From an uncultured bacterium (lineage in GTDB: Bacteria; JAGOEH01): a DNA stretch of 64,000 bases. The notes beneath the pieces were generated by a model. The model was not told where the DNA came from. It searched no databases and saw only the letters and a list, made by a program, of their open reading frames with translations. A program made the translations under genes and the position numbers. Numbering within the stretch: position 1 is the stretch's first letter; every line of letters begins with the position of its first letter. This document shows, piece after piece, positions 19,283 to 28,568 of this stretch. The DNA lies in contig CAZWDO010000007.1 in the NCBI GenBank assembly GCA_964632485.1, forward strand, positions 124,001-188,000, read 5' to 3'.

Positions 19283-21082
19283 ATGATACAAACGATCTAC
19301 TATTTTATTAAATTACGCTTTAAAAGACCGTTAACGCTTACATTTTTTAGCTATGTTTTTTTTTGGTGCGGACGGTATTACCAAAACTATCCCCATTTTC
19401 CCGAACAACCGTTTCTTCGCGAAATATTTTTGATAGTAAGCCTGGGGTTACTATATGCAGCATGGGACTGTTTGTTTCGGCGCTTGGGAAGCAACAGAAT
19501 CTATCAATTGCTGAATCCGGTAACTACTGCCATCATGATTATCGATCGGAATGGGCGCATCCGTTATATCAATCCTGCTGGACAAGAAATTATCAAACGT
19601 TTGAGCCAATGGTTGCCGGTTGAATCCAATAGAATCTACCGGTTTTGTTATTATGAATTTTTTCGCGAGAGCGAGCAAATCCGACAGGTAATACGATATT
19701 TAGGCCAACCATATAAGGAAGAATTAGATATTGGCAGTGAATTGATAGAGACACAAGCAGTACCCATACCCGGGCATTCCGAATGCATTATGATTATATG
19801 GAACGTGGTTACCCGGTCGCGCAATCAGTCGCGCTGGGAAAAAGTAGTAGAGGAACAGATTGAGGACACGACGACGGAACTAACCGGCGCTTCGGAAGAA
19901 TTGCAGACTTTATCTCAAGTGATGGAGCAAATGTCCCAGGATACCTTAGATCAGGCGCGAGATGTCACTTTAATTATAAAAAACGTGTCGGAACGAATCA
20001 AGCAGTTGGTAGAATCGGTCGGCAAAACAACATCCCGCACACAGGAAATCGCAGGGCATATCAGTAATAGCACACAGATCGCCGCTCAAGCGCTGAGTGA
20101 ATCCCAATCGGCTTCAGCCATTATTCAGAATTTGAGCAATATGGCCAACACGATCAGCGGCATGACCAAACATATCAAGGATATAATGGAGCAGACCCGG
20201 ATACTGGCTATCAATGCCAATATCGAGGCCGCCAAAGCCGGAGAATCAGGCAAGGGATTTTCTGTAATTGCCACGCATATCGACAAACTGGCCATACAAA
20301 CTGGTCAGGTTTCTGAAAAAATAACCGACATGATAGGAAAAATTTTGCTGCAAACTCCCGCTTCCGTCAAGAGTATCGATAAAGTTCAAACTGTGGTTCA
20401 GAAGATGAACCAAAACATGCTGAACATCAAGGACCTGATGACCGAACAAACAGTAGTTATGAATCAGATGAGCGAGAGCATGACTGAGGCCGGGGCTGAA
20501 TCTCAGCAGATTGTAATGAGAATGGATGAAATTGTCTCTCATAGCCAGGTTTCATTAAACGAGGTAGCCAACGAAATGGATGCGGCCCGCAAAATTGAAA
20601 AAATCGCCTCGGTATTCCGTATTATTATCCAGCGATTTCGGGAGGAGCGGATTGTAACCCCAAATGATATCTATCGAATGCTGAAAATTCTTGATAGGAT
20701 GCTGGATGCCTGGTTGGAAAAACAGTTTTCCCGATCAGAATTCCAAAAAATGACAACTCTTCAGCTTAAATCATTTCAAGATAAAAAACCAGTGGATGTT
20801 CTACAAACCAGTATCGATTCCGCTAAAATTTTTCTCGGCCTTGCCCATATTACTCAAAAAGGAATCAAATTCCCCAAGGGCGCCGTGACTCCCACCCAAA
20901 CCTATAATTTTCTCTTACATTGGCAGGAGTTGATTGAAAAAGCCCTCCTCGAACACCAGATTGCTGATATCGAAGGCTTAAAAAAAGCTAAACCAGTGGA
21001 TGAAAAAACACCCAATGACGCCTACGCGGTGATCAAGTTGATCCAGGAAAAACTGAATTGCCTTCGCAGCCACCATGAATAG
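19283..21082 (+). CDS. Methyl-accepting chemotaxis protein (2 TM, PAS-like domain, MA domain, extra C-terminal domain)
   Basis: Hairpin tip [30 protein letters not shown]-like [17 protein letters not shown]; about 145 extra aa after the MA domain. Confidence 0.88.
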   Translation: MIQTIYYFIKLRFKRPLTLTFFSYVFFWCGRYYQNYPHFPEQPFLREIFLIVSLGLLYAAWDCLFRRLGSNRIYQLLNPVTTAIMIIDRNGRIRYINPAGQEIIKRLSQWLPVESNRIYRFCYYEFFRESEQIRQVIRYLGQPYKEELDIGSELIETQAVPIPGHSECIMIIWNVVTRSRNQSRWEKVVEEQIEDTTTELTGASEELQTLSQVMEQMSQDTLDQARDVTLIIKNVSERIKQLVESVGKTTSRTQEIAGHISNSTQIAAQALSESQSASAIIQNLSNMANTISGMTKHIKDIMEQTRILAINANIEAAKAGESGKGFSVIATHIDKLAIQTGQVSEKITDMIGKILLQTPASVKSIDKVQTVVQKMNQNMLNIKDLMTEQTVVMNQMSESMTEAGAESQQIVMRMDEIVSHSQVSLNEVANEMDAARKIEKIASVFRIIIQRFREERIVTPNDIYRMLKILDRMLDAWLEKQFSRSEFQKMTTLQLKSFQDKKPVDVLQTSIDSAKIFLGLAHITQKGIKFPKGAVTPTQTYNFLLHWQELIEKALLEHQIADIEGLKKAKPVDEKTPNDAYAVIKLIQEKLNCLRSHHE

Positions 21083-21122
21083 AGAGTTTGGCGATTGCCC
21101 TACGCGGCTCGTTTTAATAGAG

Positions 21123-21151
21123 ACGGATCCCTGATCCGATCAAGAATCCGC
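21123..21151 (-). terminator. Stem-loop downstream of the lipoprotein gene
   Basis: Minus strand GCGGATTCTTGAT-CGG-ATCAGGGATCCGT pairs over 13 bp using G-U pairs; the U-tract is weak. Confidence 0.5.
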
Positions 21152-21185
21152 TTAAAAATATCAATGCTCAAAATTTATCGTTGCT

Positions 21186-21899
21186 TTATTTCACCAATCC
21201 GGCAAGCTGATTCAAGTCAACCCCATTCGCGGCGGATTTAATTTTATCCATCGGAACAGAATATCCGGAAATTTTTACAATAAATCGTTCCTTTACAATA
21301 ATCTCTATTTCACCAGACTGATCATCACCGTTCCAACTCTCAAAGGCTTTGTATCCATTGATTTTAGTGGTTTTTTCATAGCCATTGTCCGATTCGTTGT
21401 CAATTTCAACGGTAAGCCAGCTTTGCGTCGCAAAAGCGGCAATACCTTTCATGTTGCCCATATCGGTAATTTCGATGTCGATATTAGCGCCATCATCATT
21501 TTGGTATTCGCCACGGGCATGGGAAGCTTTCACTCCCATGGCCGAAGTTTTTTCACCACTGGCTTTGGTTCGTTTCAAACCGCCGACAGACGACGGTAAG
21601 AGTTCCTTCAGTTGGCGAAAATCAACAGGTTCGATAGCTTCGCCATTATTAACCTGCGATAAAGCCTGTCCCAATTGTTTCATCGCATCACCCAGATTTT
21701 CAGCGGATTTATCATCATCGCTTTCATCTGATTGTGAAGAGATTGCTTCTGATTCATCATCCTGCATATCGTGATTGGCTGATTGTTCAGTAGCTTCTCC
21801 CTGGTCGGATTTTTTATTATCGCTCTTGCCACACGATAATGTCAGACTTAATGCGAGAATTAAAACCAGCATGAAACAAAAAAAACGGGGATAACGCAT
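21186..21899 (-). CDS. Lipoprotein of unknown function
   Basis: Lipobox LTLSC, acidic linker and a globular C-terminal domain; AAGGAG SD. Confidence 0.8.
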   Translation of the reverse strand: MRYPRFFCFMLVLILALSLTLSCGKSDNKKSDQGEATEQSANHDMQDDESEAISSQSDESDDDKSAENLGDAMKQLGQALSQVNNGEAIEPVDFRQLKELLPSSVGGLKRTKASGEKTSAMGVKASHARGEYQNDDGANIDIEITDMGNMKGIAAFATQSWLTVEIDNESDNGYEKTTKINGYKAFESWNGDDQSGEIEIIVKERFIVKISGYSVPMDKIKSAANGVDLNQLAGLVK

Positions 21900-21934
21900 A
21901 TTTTCTCCTTTTCAAAGTTAAATTTTACGTTAAT

Positions 21935-21963
21935 AAATTACAAAAAAAAAATAAAAATGTCAA
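21935..21963 (-). promoter_or_regulatory. sigma70-type promoter for the lipoprotein
   Basis: Minus strand reads TTGACA-17 nt-TAATTT. Confidence 0.55.
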
Positions 21964-22100
21964 GTCAATATTCTTTATTGTTCATTTACAAAGCCAAATT
22001 CATGGCATCGCATATTCATCGTTTTATCTCCCTCTCAACCAGCCAGCGTTAAGGAGTAGATTGCATAAAACATATCGAGATGGTCGGGCATGGAAGCGAA

Positions 22101-22772
22101 CTATTTTGCAAAACGAATTTTACCGAATCGTTCGGGTTGGTGAAAAAAAATTCGATAGACTGGTGACCAGGACATAAAAAAAGAAGGGTTTTGGCTGATG
22201 CGAAAACAATTGATATCCCATTCATCTCCTGCTTTCCACGATACTGGGAAAGCTTCTATAGGAAGAGTGATGAATGCATACCAGATCATATTGAGTGAAT
22301 CGATATAAGAATGAAAAGAGGCGCCGGCCGTCCAATTAAAATCGGTTTGGATCGAATCTCCTTCCCAGTTAATTGCCAAATCGAGCCAGTGATGATCGGG
22401 AGCCAACTGGAATTCAAAGTAATGGCGGGTTTGGCGCGCTTCCGGTCCGATAAAAATCTCGCAGACATCCGCTATATCCCAAAGTTTCATTGTCTTTCCC
22501 ATACTATTCGGAACAGTATGAGGGGGTGTTTGAGTCAATTCTACATACCGAGCCTGAAAACGAAAATTAAGTGATCGTTCATTCCATCGCGCTTTTACCG
22601 TTGTTTGAAACTCCAAAGGCAAAAACGTTCCATCAAAGTTGCGCAGAGAAAATTCCGAAGCGCTCTCCCAGCTATCACCCAAAGAGGAATCTGTAAAGAG
22701 GGGGAAATAATCGGCGATGATCAAAGGAAAGAGAGTGTCCGATGAGTTGGATGGAGAATCGGACATGCTCAT
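22101..22772 (-). CDS. CBM9-like/DOMON-like carbohydrate-binding family protein
   Basis: TTVKARWNERSLNFRF, LWDIADVCEIFI, YFEFQLAP, WDINCFRI and FHQPERFG resemble the CBM9-like family pattern. Confidence 0.7.
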   Translation of the reverse strand: MSMSDSPSNSSDTLFPLIIADYFPLFTDSSLGDSWESASEFSLRNFDGTFLPLEFQTTVKARWNERSLNFRFQARYVELTQTPPHTVPNSMGKTMKLWDIADVCEIFIGPEARQTRHYFEFQLAPDHHWLDLAINWEGDSIQTDFNWTAGASFHSYIDSLNMIWYAFITLPIEAFPVSWKAGDEWDINCFRISQNPSFFMSWSPVYRIFFHQPERFGKIRFAK

Positions 22773-24025
22773 GTTTTCTGTTTTTTTTTCTTAGCCGCCG
22801 GAAAGAGGATATTATTAAGAATCAATCGATATCCCGGCGAATTTTTATGTATGGCCAGATCCGTGGGAGGATCCCCCACAAAATGCTGATAATCTTCCGG
22901 GTCATGACCGGCTAAATAAGTGAAAAATCCTTTTCCTACATTGCCGTGTATATATTTAACCTTATCGGTGTTTTCCTCTTTTCCCATGATAATAACTGCC
23001 GGTTTGATAAACTGTTCGTGAAAAGCCGTTGTCTGGCCCATAAATCCAGGGATCAATGTGGTATGATCCTGGGTCAGCATAGTCGGCACGGGATCGAATT
23101 TTGCGGAAAAATCGAACAGACGGAAGGCATCAGCCTCGGTACCGCGTGATTGATCGCGGTTTTGAGGTGAAACATCAATATCTGAGTGTTCATATACATA
23201 AGGATTAGTATTTACCCGAAAATTTTGAAAGGCGATACATTCGCTATAATCGAGTTTGCGGGCATAATCAGGATCAATAGGATCATGATCATATACAACA
23301 TCACAGATATCCGTTTGGGCTGCTGCCAGCGCAATATCATAGGTATCGGTTGCTGAACACATAGCAAAAAGGAATCCACCTTTAGTGATATAATCTTTAA
23401 TTTCTTTTGCCACTGCCAGTTTACACTGAGAGACTTTAGCGAAACCCAGTTTTTTTGCCGTTTTTTCCAAAAGCACCTGTTGATTGACATACCATAATTC
23501 ATTGGCATAATTCGCCCAGAATTTTCCATACATACCAGTGAAATCTTCATGATGCAGATGCAACCAGTCATAGTTTTCCAAAACTCCGGCGACTACTTCT
23601 TCGTCCCATATTTTATCATAAGGAACTTTGGCGTATTCCAAGGTCAGCGTCACTGCGTCATCCCAAGGCCGGGCGTTAGGAGGAGTGTAAACGGCGACTC
23701 GCGGGGCTTTCTCGAGAGAAACCATTTCCATGTTTTCGTTTTCAATGGTGGCCACGATCATCGCATAATCAGCGCCGCTGACAGCCTGGTAGCGAACGCC
23801 CATTTCGTTGCATCGATCCTGAATAGCCGGGAGGTCGGGACATAAAAACGACCCGCCCCGGTAATTAAGCAACCATTTCAACTGGAGTTCCTGCTGTAAG
23901 GCCCAATACGTAACGCCATACGCGCGAAGATGATCGCTCTGCTGCTGGTCCATATAAATTAACAGGTACTGCCCGAAACTCACATTCACATACAAAAAAA
24001 CAATAAAAAACCAAAAATAGCGCAT
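22769..24025 (-). CDS. Conserved secreted protein of a Bacteroidota/FCB family (class-I glutamine-amidotransferase-like core)
   Basis: Signal peptide; HLRAYGVTYW, WLLNYRGGSF, PWDDAVTL, DWLHLHHEDFTG, GGFLFAMCSATD, SPGYRLILNNILFPAA. Confidence 0.75.
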   Translation of the reverse strand: MRYFWFFIVFLYVNVSFGQYLLIYMDQQQSDHLRAYGVTYWALQQELQLKWLLNYRGGSFLCPDLPAIQDRCNEMGVRYQAVSGADYAMIVATIENENMEMVSLEKAPRVAVYTPPNARPWDDAVTLTLEYAKVPYDKIWDEEVVAGVLENYDWLHLHHEDFTGMYGKFWANYANELWYVNQQVLLEKTAKKLGFAKVSQCKLAVAKEIKDYITKGGFLFAMCSATDTYDIALAAAQTDICDVVYDHDPIDPDYARKLDYSECIAFQNFRVNTNPYVYEHSDIDVSPQNRDQSRGTEADAFRLFDFSAKFDPVPTMLTQDHTTLIPGFMGQTTAFHEQFIKPAVIIMGKEENTDKVKYIHGNVGKGFFTYLAGHDPEDYQHFVGDPPTDLAIHKNSPGYRLILNNILFPAAKKKKQKT

Positions 24026-24051
24026 ACTACAAAACTCACTTTCTATAAATT

Positions 24052-24933
24052 CTATGGAATGATCCCGATTTCCTGATTGATCCGCTGGATCGAGCCATCG
24101 GTTTCACCCTTTAACTCCAAATGCAAAATATAGGTTCCGGGTTTTAAATGGGTGTAGCCGGATAAGATTCCATTCCATTCAATAAAGGCGGCTCCGGCAA
24201 CGACAGAACCCGGATCAATCCATCCCAGGAAAAAACCCTGCAAATCGAGGATTCCATAGCGCAGGAGCGAACGTTGGCCGATACCATGCCATTCGGCGCA
24301 TATCCACCAGTTTCGCTGATAAGAGAGAATGGTAGTTTGCCACCTGATGGAGACAGCGGATGATGGAGGAATCATCGGCGCCGAGTTCGCGCGGCCGACG
24401 CTGTGTCCCTTTGGATCGTGGCATAGCGCCCATTGATTGCCGGGGATACCGGTTTCATCAAACTGACGCTCCCAGCTCACACCATCTCCGGGGTCTTCGG
24501 CCCAGCAAAAACTATCGATTGTCTGCTCACTATGCTTCCACCACAAACACTCGTCCGCGCTTTTCAACCCATTGCCAATGGTATGATCATTGCCAATGGT
24601 TAGCCAGACAACCGTATCGGGAATTCCCAGGGGATTTTCAACTCCGGGATAATCAGGATCCACAATAACTATATATTCACCCGATCGAGCCAACGTCCGC
24701 CCTCCGGCGAAAAAAGGAATCAGATAATCGTTTGTGTCAGCCAAATCGATTAAGCGATATTCTGTCAAATCGAAAGCCAACGGTTCGGGATTATAGAGTT
24801 CAACAAATTCAAGAAAACTGTTTTCCGTATCGGAACCGGAAACATTGCAATATATTTCCGATAATAGCGGATGAGCTGAATTCGAGGATAACAACCAGAA
24901 TTCAAAAGCAATTGTGAAAACGATAATTTTCAT
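24052..24933 (-). CDS. Secreted lamin-tail-domain protein with FlgD-Ig/T9SS-like C-terminal domain
   Basis: LLSEIYCN...LEFVELYNP (LTD motif); C-terminal ILDLQG...IEWNG...KPGTYILHL. Confidence 0.7.
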   Translation of the reverse strand: MKIIVFTIAFEFWLLSSNSAHPLLSEIYCNVSGSDTENSFLEFVELYNPEPLAFDLTEYRLIDLADTNDYLIPFFAGGRTLARSGEYIVIVDPDYPGVENPLGIPDTVVWLTIGNDHTIGNGLKSADECLWWKHSEQTIDSFCWAEDPGDGVSWERQFDETGIPGNQWALCHDPKGHSVGRANSAPMIPPSSAVSIRWQTTILSYQRNWWICAEWHGIGQRSLLRYGILDLQGFFLGWIDPGSVVAGAAFIEWNGILSGYTHLKPGTYILHLELKGETDGSIQRINQEIGIIP

Positions 24934-25049
24934 ATAAAATCCAAAATAAAATTTCGAGTGGCGGATTTTATCTCTTGGGGCGCATTTCGCATCAATTTAA
25001 AATTCCCAACCAGATAACCCTGCGCTCGCCAGGATTGATAATTTTCGGC

Positions 25050-25373
25050 TTAGATTCGAATATCAATATGCCGTTCCGAAGAGGATTTATCCTTTGGCGG
25101 TTCTTGGGTCGTGTTTTCTTCCTCCGGGGATTCCTCTTTCCTTTTTTCCTGCTGCGAATTTTCTTCCGAGTTCCGTTTCTCTTCCTGATGAATGATCATC
25201 TCGTCTTTCGGTTCAAGGGAACGGGCTTGAGTACGATCATTTTCAATTTTTTGTTGCAGTTGCGCATTGAAAAAACGCTGTTCCATTTCCGGATGTTGTT
25301 TTTGCACCTGGGTAATTTTTTCCGCTAATTGCGTTTTAGAAAAAAGGTCCTGCAAATGGATCGGATCCAGCAT
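25050..25373 (-). CDS. Hypothetical flagellar-operon protein (Q/E-rich, ends HIDIRI)
   Basis: Directly downstream of fliA with GAGG SD; low-complexity charged sequence. Confidence 0.7.
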   Translation of the reverse strand: MLDPIHLQDLFSKTQLAEKITQVQKQHPEMEQRFFNAQLQQKIENDRTQARSLEPKDEMIIHQEEKRNSEENSQQEKRKEESPEEENTTQEPPKDKSSSERHIDIRI

Positions 25374-25381
25374 AGGTACCT

Positions 25382-26167
25382 CTAACGTTTAGGCGATGAA
25401 GACTCTTTACTTTTAATAGAGCGGACCCGGGCTTTCAGGGAAAGAATGGCCCGGGTATGAATCTGCGACACGCGGGACTCGCTGATATCCAGCACTTGTC
25501 CAATTTCCTTAAGTGTCAAACCTTCATAATAATACAGAGCGATGACTAATCGTTGCCGTTCTTCCAGTAAACTGATATAAGCAGCTAATTCTTCATGCTG
25601 TTCTTTTCGCTCCAGTTCCTCCTCCGGATCAACGGCATCCCGGTTTTTAATGACCTGTTCCATTGGCAGTGAATGGTTATCTTCCTGACTGATGAAATCT
25701 TGCAAAGATACAAACGTTGAGCTTTTTACTTCTTCGAACAATTGATTCAGCACTTGAGAAGAAACGCCGACGTATTCAGCCAGTTCGTCATCGGAGGGAT
25801 CACGGCCTAATTTATGCTGAAGGGTCATGATACTCTTTTCCAGATCTTTCGATTTTTTTCGGACCGTGCGCGGAACCCAGTCCAACCGTCTGAGCTCATC
25901 GAACATTTCCCCGCGGATTCGTTGGGATGCGAAATATTCGAACGGAACGTTACGCTCCGGATCAAAATGTTCCAGGGCGTTCAAGAGGCCCATAATTCCA
26001 GCGCTAAGCAGATCATCAAAAGAAACATGGCTGGGCAAAGCGATCGCGACTCGTCCGGCAATATATTTTACAAGATGGATATAACGCTGTACCAACTGAT
26101 CGCGGGCATCTCGGTTCTGTTGCTGTTTATAGAGTTGCCACAAACTCTGCAGATTTTTATCTTCCAT
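25382..26167 (-). CDS. fliA: Flagellar sigma factor sigma28 (FliA/WhiG)
   Basis: RIRGEMFDELRRLDWVPR; YYYEGLTLKEIGQVLDISESRVSQIH. Confidence 0.95.
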   Translation of the reverse strand: MEDKNLQSLWQLYKQQQNRDARDQLVQRYIHLVKYIAGRVAIALPSHVSFDDLLSAGIMGLLNALEHFDPERNVPFEYFASQRIRGEMFDELRRLDWVPRTVRKKSKDLEKSIMTLQHKLGRDPSDDELAEYVGVSSQVLNQLFEEVKSSTFVSLQDFISQEDNHSLPMEQVIKNRDAVDPEEELERKEQHEELAAYISLLEERQRLVIALYYYEGLTLKEIGQVLDISESRVSQIHTRAILSLKARVRSIKSKESSSPKR

Positions 26168-26175
26168 CTAAACTC

Positions 26176-26562
26176 CTAATCATCGACCACGACATCAGTA
26201 TTATTGCCTTTTAAACGGGTTTTGGATTGCTCGATTTTTTCATCAATTTTGTCGGCAATCATTTTAAATTCACTGGATATTTTATGAACCGCATGTTCCT
26301 CATTTAGCTGAATTTTTCGCTTTTGATCCTCAATCAAGACACGTTTTTTCTCATCTTTAACTTCTTCCTGCACTCGAAAAATCAATGCAAAAATCAGAAT
26401 TGAAACTAATTGCGACATGATCCAGATGATCAGGAATGAGACGACCGCGCGTAAAAGAGCATCAAACAATTCAGTGCCGCCACCCAGCGAAACAATTAAA
26501 GACAAGCTGGCGGCGATGAGAGCCAGAATAATGCTGAAATGATTGACTTTACGGTAATCCAT
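26176..26562 (-). CDS. Hypothetical two-TM membrane protein between flhG and fliA
   Basis: Start placed at MDYRK (ATG 26562), overlapping the flhG end; two hydrophobic helices then a charged coiled tail. Confidence 0.7.
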   Translation of the reverse strand: MDYRKVNHFSIILALIAASLSLIVSLGGGTELFDALLRAVVSFLIIWIMSQLVSILIFALIFRVQEEVKDEKKRVLIEDQKRKIQLNEEHAVHKISSEFKMIADKIDEKIEQSKTRLKGNNTDVVVDD

Positions 26563-27463
26563 GGGCGTTTTCTTTCCACTTGAAAAATTTTTTAAAACGC
26601 GCTCCCATGCCGATTGACGATGGGATGCGGGCGCCTTTGAGCCAGGCATCGCGCAGAGCAATCAATTCCCGACTAAAGGAAGTGGAAGGGTCGAAGAGCA
26701 AAACGGGGTTCTGTCGTCTGACGGAGGCCCAAACCTGGTTGTCGGCAGACAGAGTGCCTGAAAAAAACAAACTCTTTTTTAAAAACCGTTTACTCAAGTC
26801 AGCAAGCGTGTTAAAAGTAGCGATACCTTCCCGAGCATGACGGGCCATATTGACTACAACATTGATGCGCTTTCCGGGTTGTTGGCGAATCATGATTTTA
26901 ATCAAAGAATAGGCATCCATCAGAGAAGTCGGTTCAGGGGTAACCAACAAAAAAATTTCACGGGCAGCAAATGTAAAAGCGGTTGTTTGCCAATGAATAC
27001 CGGCAGCCGTATCAAAAATAATATAATCATAACGCGATTCCAGCGCTTCCAGGGCCGTAAGTAGCCGTTCAATTTGTCCGGGGGGGAGATTGGCGAGTTC
27101 GACTACTCCGTTTTTCGCTGAAATGATTTCCAGGTTTTCAGGCCCCTGGCGGATTATTTTTTCCAATGCCAATCCACCCCAAAGATAATCTCCCAAATGA
27201 TATTCAGGGGAACGGCCCAGCAGAATATCCACATTGGCTAATCCCAGATCAGCGTCCACCAGCAGGACGCGAAATTGAGCCTGTCGCAGGGCCAGAGCGA
27301 AATTGAGGGCAAAGTTTGTCTTACCGACGCCGCCCTTGCCCGAAGCGACCGACAAACTAATCCCGGCCGCCCGTTCAGCCATAGTTATCGGCTGCCAGAC
27401 CGATGATGTGGCATTCGGCTTTTCACGAATCGTATGTTCAAGTTTCGCGGCTTGTTGCGACAT
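26549..27463 (-). CDS. flhG: FlhG/FleN MinD-like ATPase
   Basis: SGKGGVGKTN, DADLGLANVD, TPEPTSLMDAY; directly after flhF; C-terminal amphipathic RFKKFFKW. Confidence 0.9.
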   Translation of the reverse strand: MSQQAAKLEHTIREKPNATSSVWQPITMAERAAGISLSVASGKGGVGKTNFALNFALALRQAQFRVLLVDADLGLANVDILLGRSPEYHLGDYLWGGLALEKIIRQGPENLEIISAKNGVVELANLPPGQIERLLTALEALESRYDYIIFDTAAGIHWQTTAFTFAAREIFLLVTPEPTSLMDAYSLIKIMIRQQPGKRINVVVNMARHAREGIATFNTLADLSKRFLKKSLFFSGTLSADNQVWASVRRQNPVLLFDPSTSFSRELIALRDAWLKGARIPSSIGMGARFKKFFKWKENAHGLP

Positions 27464-28565
27464 AATGCTCTCCTAAAATATTTTCAACCAAAAAATTCTC
27501 GTTTGCCAATTCAATATCCTCCGGCACATTTTGACCCGTTGTAAAATAGGAAATGGGTTTGGATATCCGCTGTTGAATATTGAAAATCATTCCAACGCTT
27601 TCCGTTTCATCCAACTTTGAAAAAATCAGCCGGTGGATTGGAATGACGCCAAAGCGGCGGATAACATCCAAGTTGTCATTAAATTTACTGGTAGCGCTTA
27701 AGACCAAATGGGTTTCATCCACCCGCGCCGTTTCGATAAATGCTGCCAGCTCAGCTATCTGCTCTCGATTCTTCTGGCAACTTCCCGCCGTATCGATAAA
27801 GATCAGATGCTTATCATGGAAGTCGGTTACGGCTTCGGCCATTTCCTCGGGAGTATAGGCCACTCTTATCGCCAAATGGGTAAGCTGAGCATACGTTTTC
27901 AATTGTTCGATTGCAGCGACCCGATAGGTATCGGCAGTGATAAGCCCGATATTCAGTTTCCCATAAATGGAAAAATTGGCGGCCAGTTTGGCAATCGTCG
28001 TTGTTTTTCCTACGCCAGTCGGCCCGATCAGAGCGATAACCGTCGCCCGGCTTTTACGCAACATGAGTTGTCCACTCACGAAAACTTGACGTTTTAACAC
28101 TTCCTTAAACGCTTCTGCCAATTCCGGGATATCATTTGCCAAAGGAAATTCATCTTCTACTTCCCGCGCAAGTTTAATAATTTGCCAGGGATTGATTTCA
28201 TTTTTATATAAAATTTTCTGGAAATAGCGTATTTTTTCATTTTCATGGAATTGAAATGAAACATATTCCACTGAAGTTGGCGGGGCTGAAACGACCGGTT
28301 TCTCAAGTTCATCCTCTTGTAGAAAGAGCGGAGAAAAATTTTTTTTCTCTGATGACCCGGGTTCTTGCAGGATTGGGTCGATTGCCGGCATGTCTGAACT
28401 ATCTTCGACATCTACAGCCGCCACAACTTCCAATATTTCACCACCCCAACTGCCTTTTTTTTTCAGTTTTTCACTTTTTAAAATAACAGCTTCGGGGCCT
28501 AAATCCTGCTTGATTAGCTTCAAGGCTTCCCGCATATCGCGGGCTTCAAATTTTTTTATACGCAT
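27438..28565 (-). CDS. flhF: Flagellar SRP-family GTPase FlhF
   Basis: MRIKKFEA N-terminus, GPTGVGKTTTIAKLAA, DTYRVAAIEQL, DTAG, SKLDE, TGQNVPEDI. Confidence 0.95.
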   Translation of the reverse strand: MRIKKFEARDMREALKLIKQDLGPEAVILKSEKLKKKGSWGGEILEVVAAVDVEDSSDMPAIDPILQEPGSSEKKNFSPLFLQEDELEKPVVSAPPTSVEYVSFQFHENEKIRYFQKILYKNEINPWQIIKLAREVEDEFPLANDIPELAEAFKEVLKRQVFVSGQLMLRKSRATVIALIGPTGVGKTTTIAKLAANFSIYGKLNIGLITADTYRVAAIEQLKTYAQLTHLAIRVAYTPEEMAEAVTDFHDKHLIFIDTAGSCQKNREQIAELAAFIETARVDETHLVLSATSKFNDNLDVIRRFGVIPIHRLIFSKLDETESVGMIFNIQQRISKPISYFTTGQNVPEDIELANENFLVENILGEHYVATSRET

Positions 28566-28568
28566 CGA

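Noticed and set aside
22769-24025. Calling this protein asparagine synthetase B, a label I recall being attached to the family
   Set aside because: It has a signal peptide and lacks the N-terminal Cys and the SGGLDS motif of AsnB.
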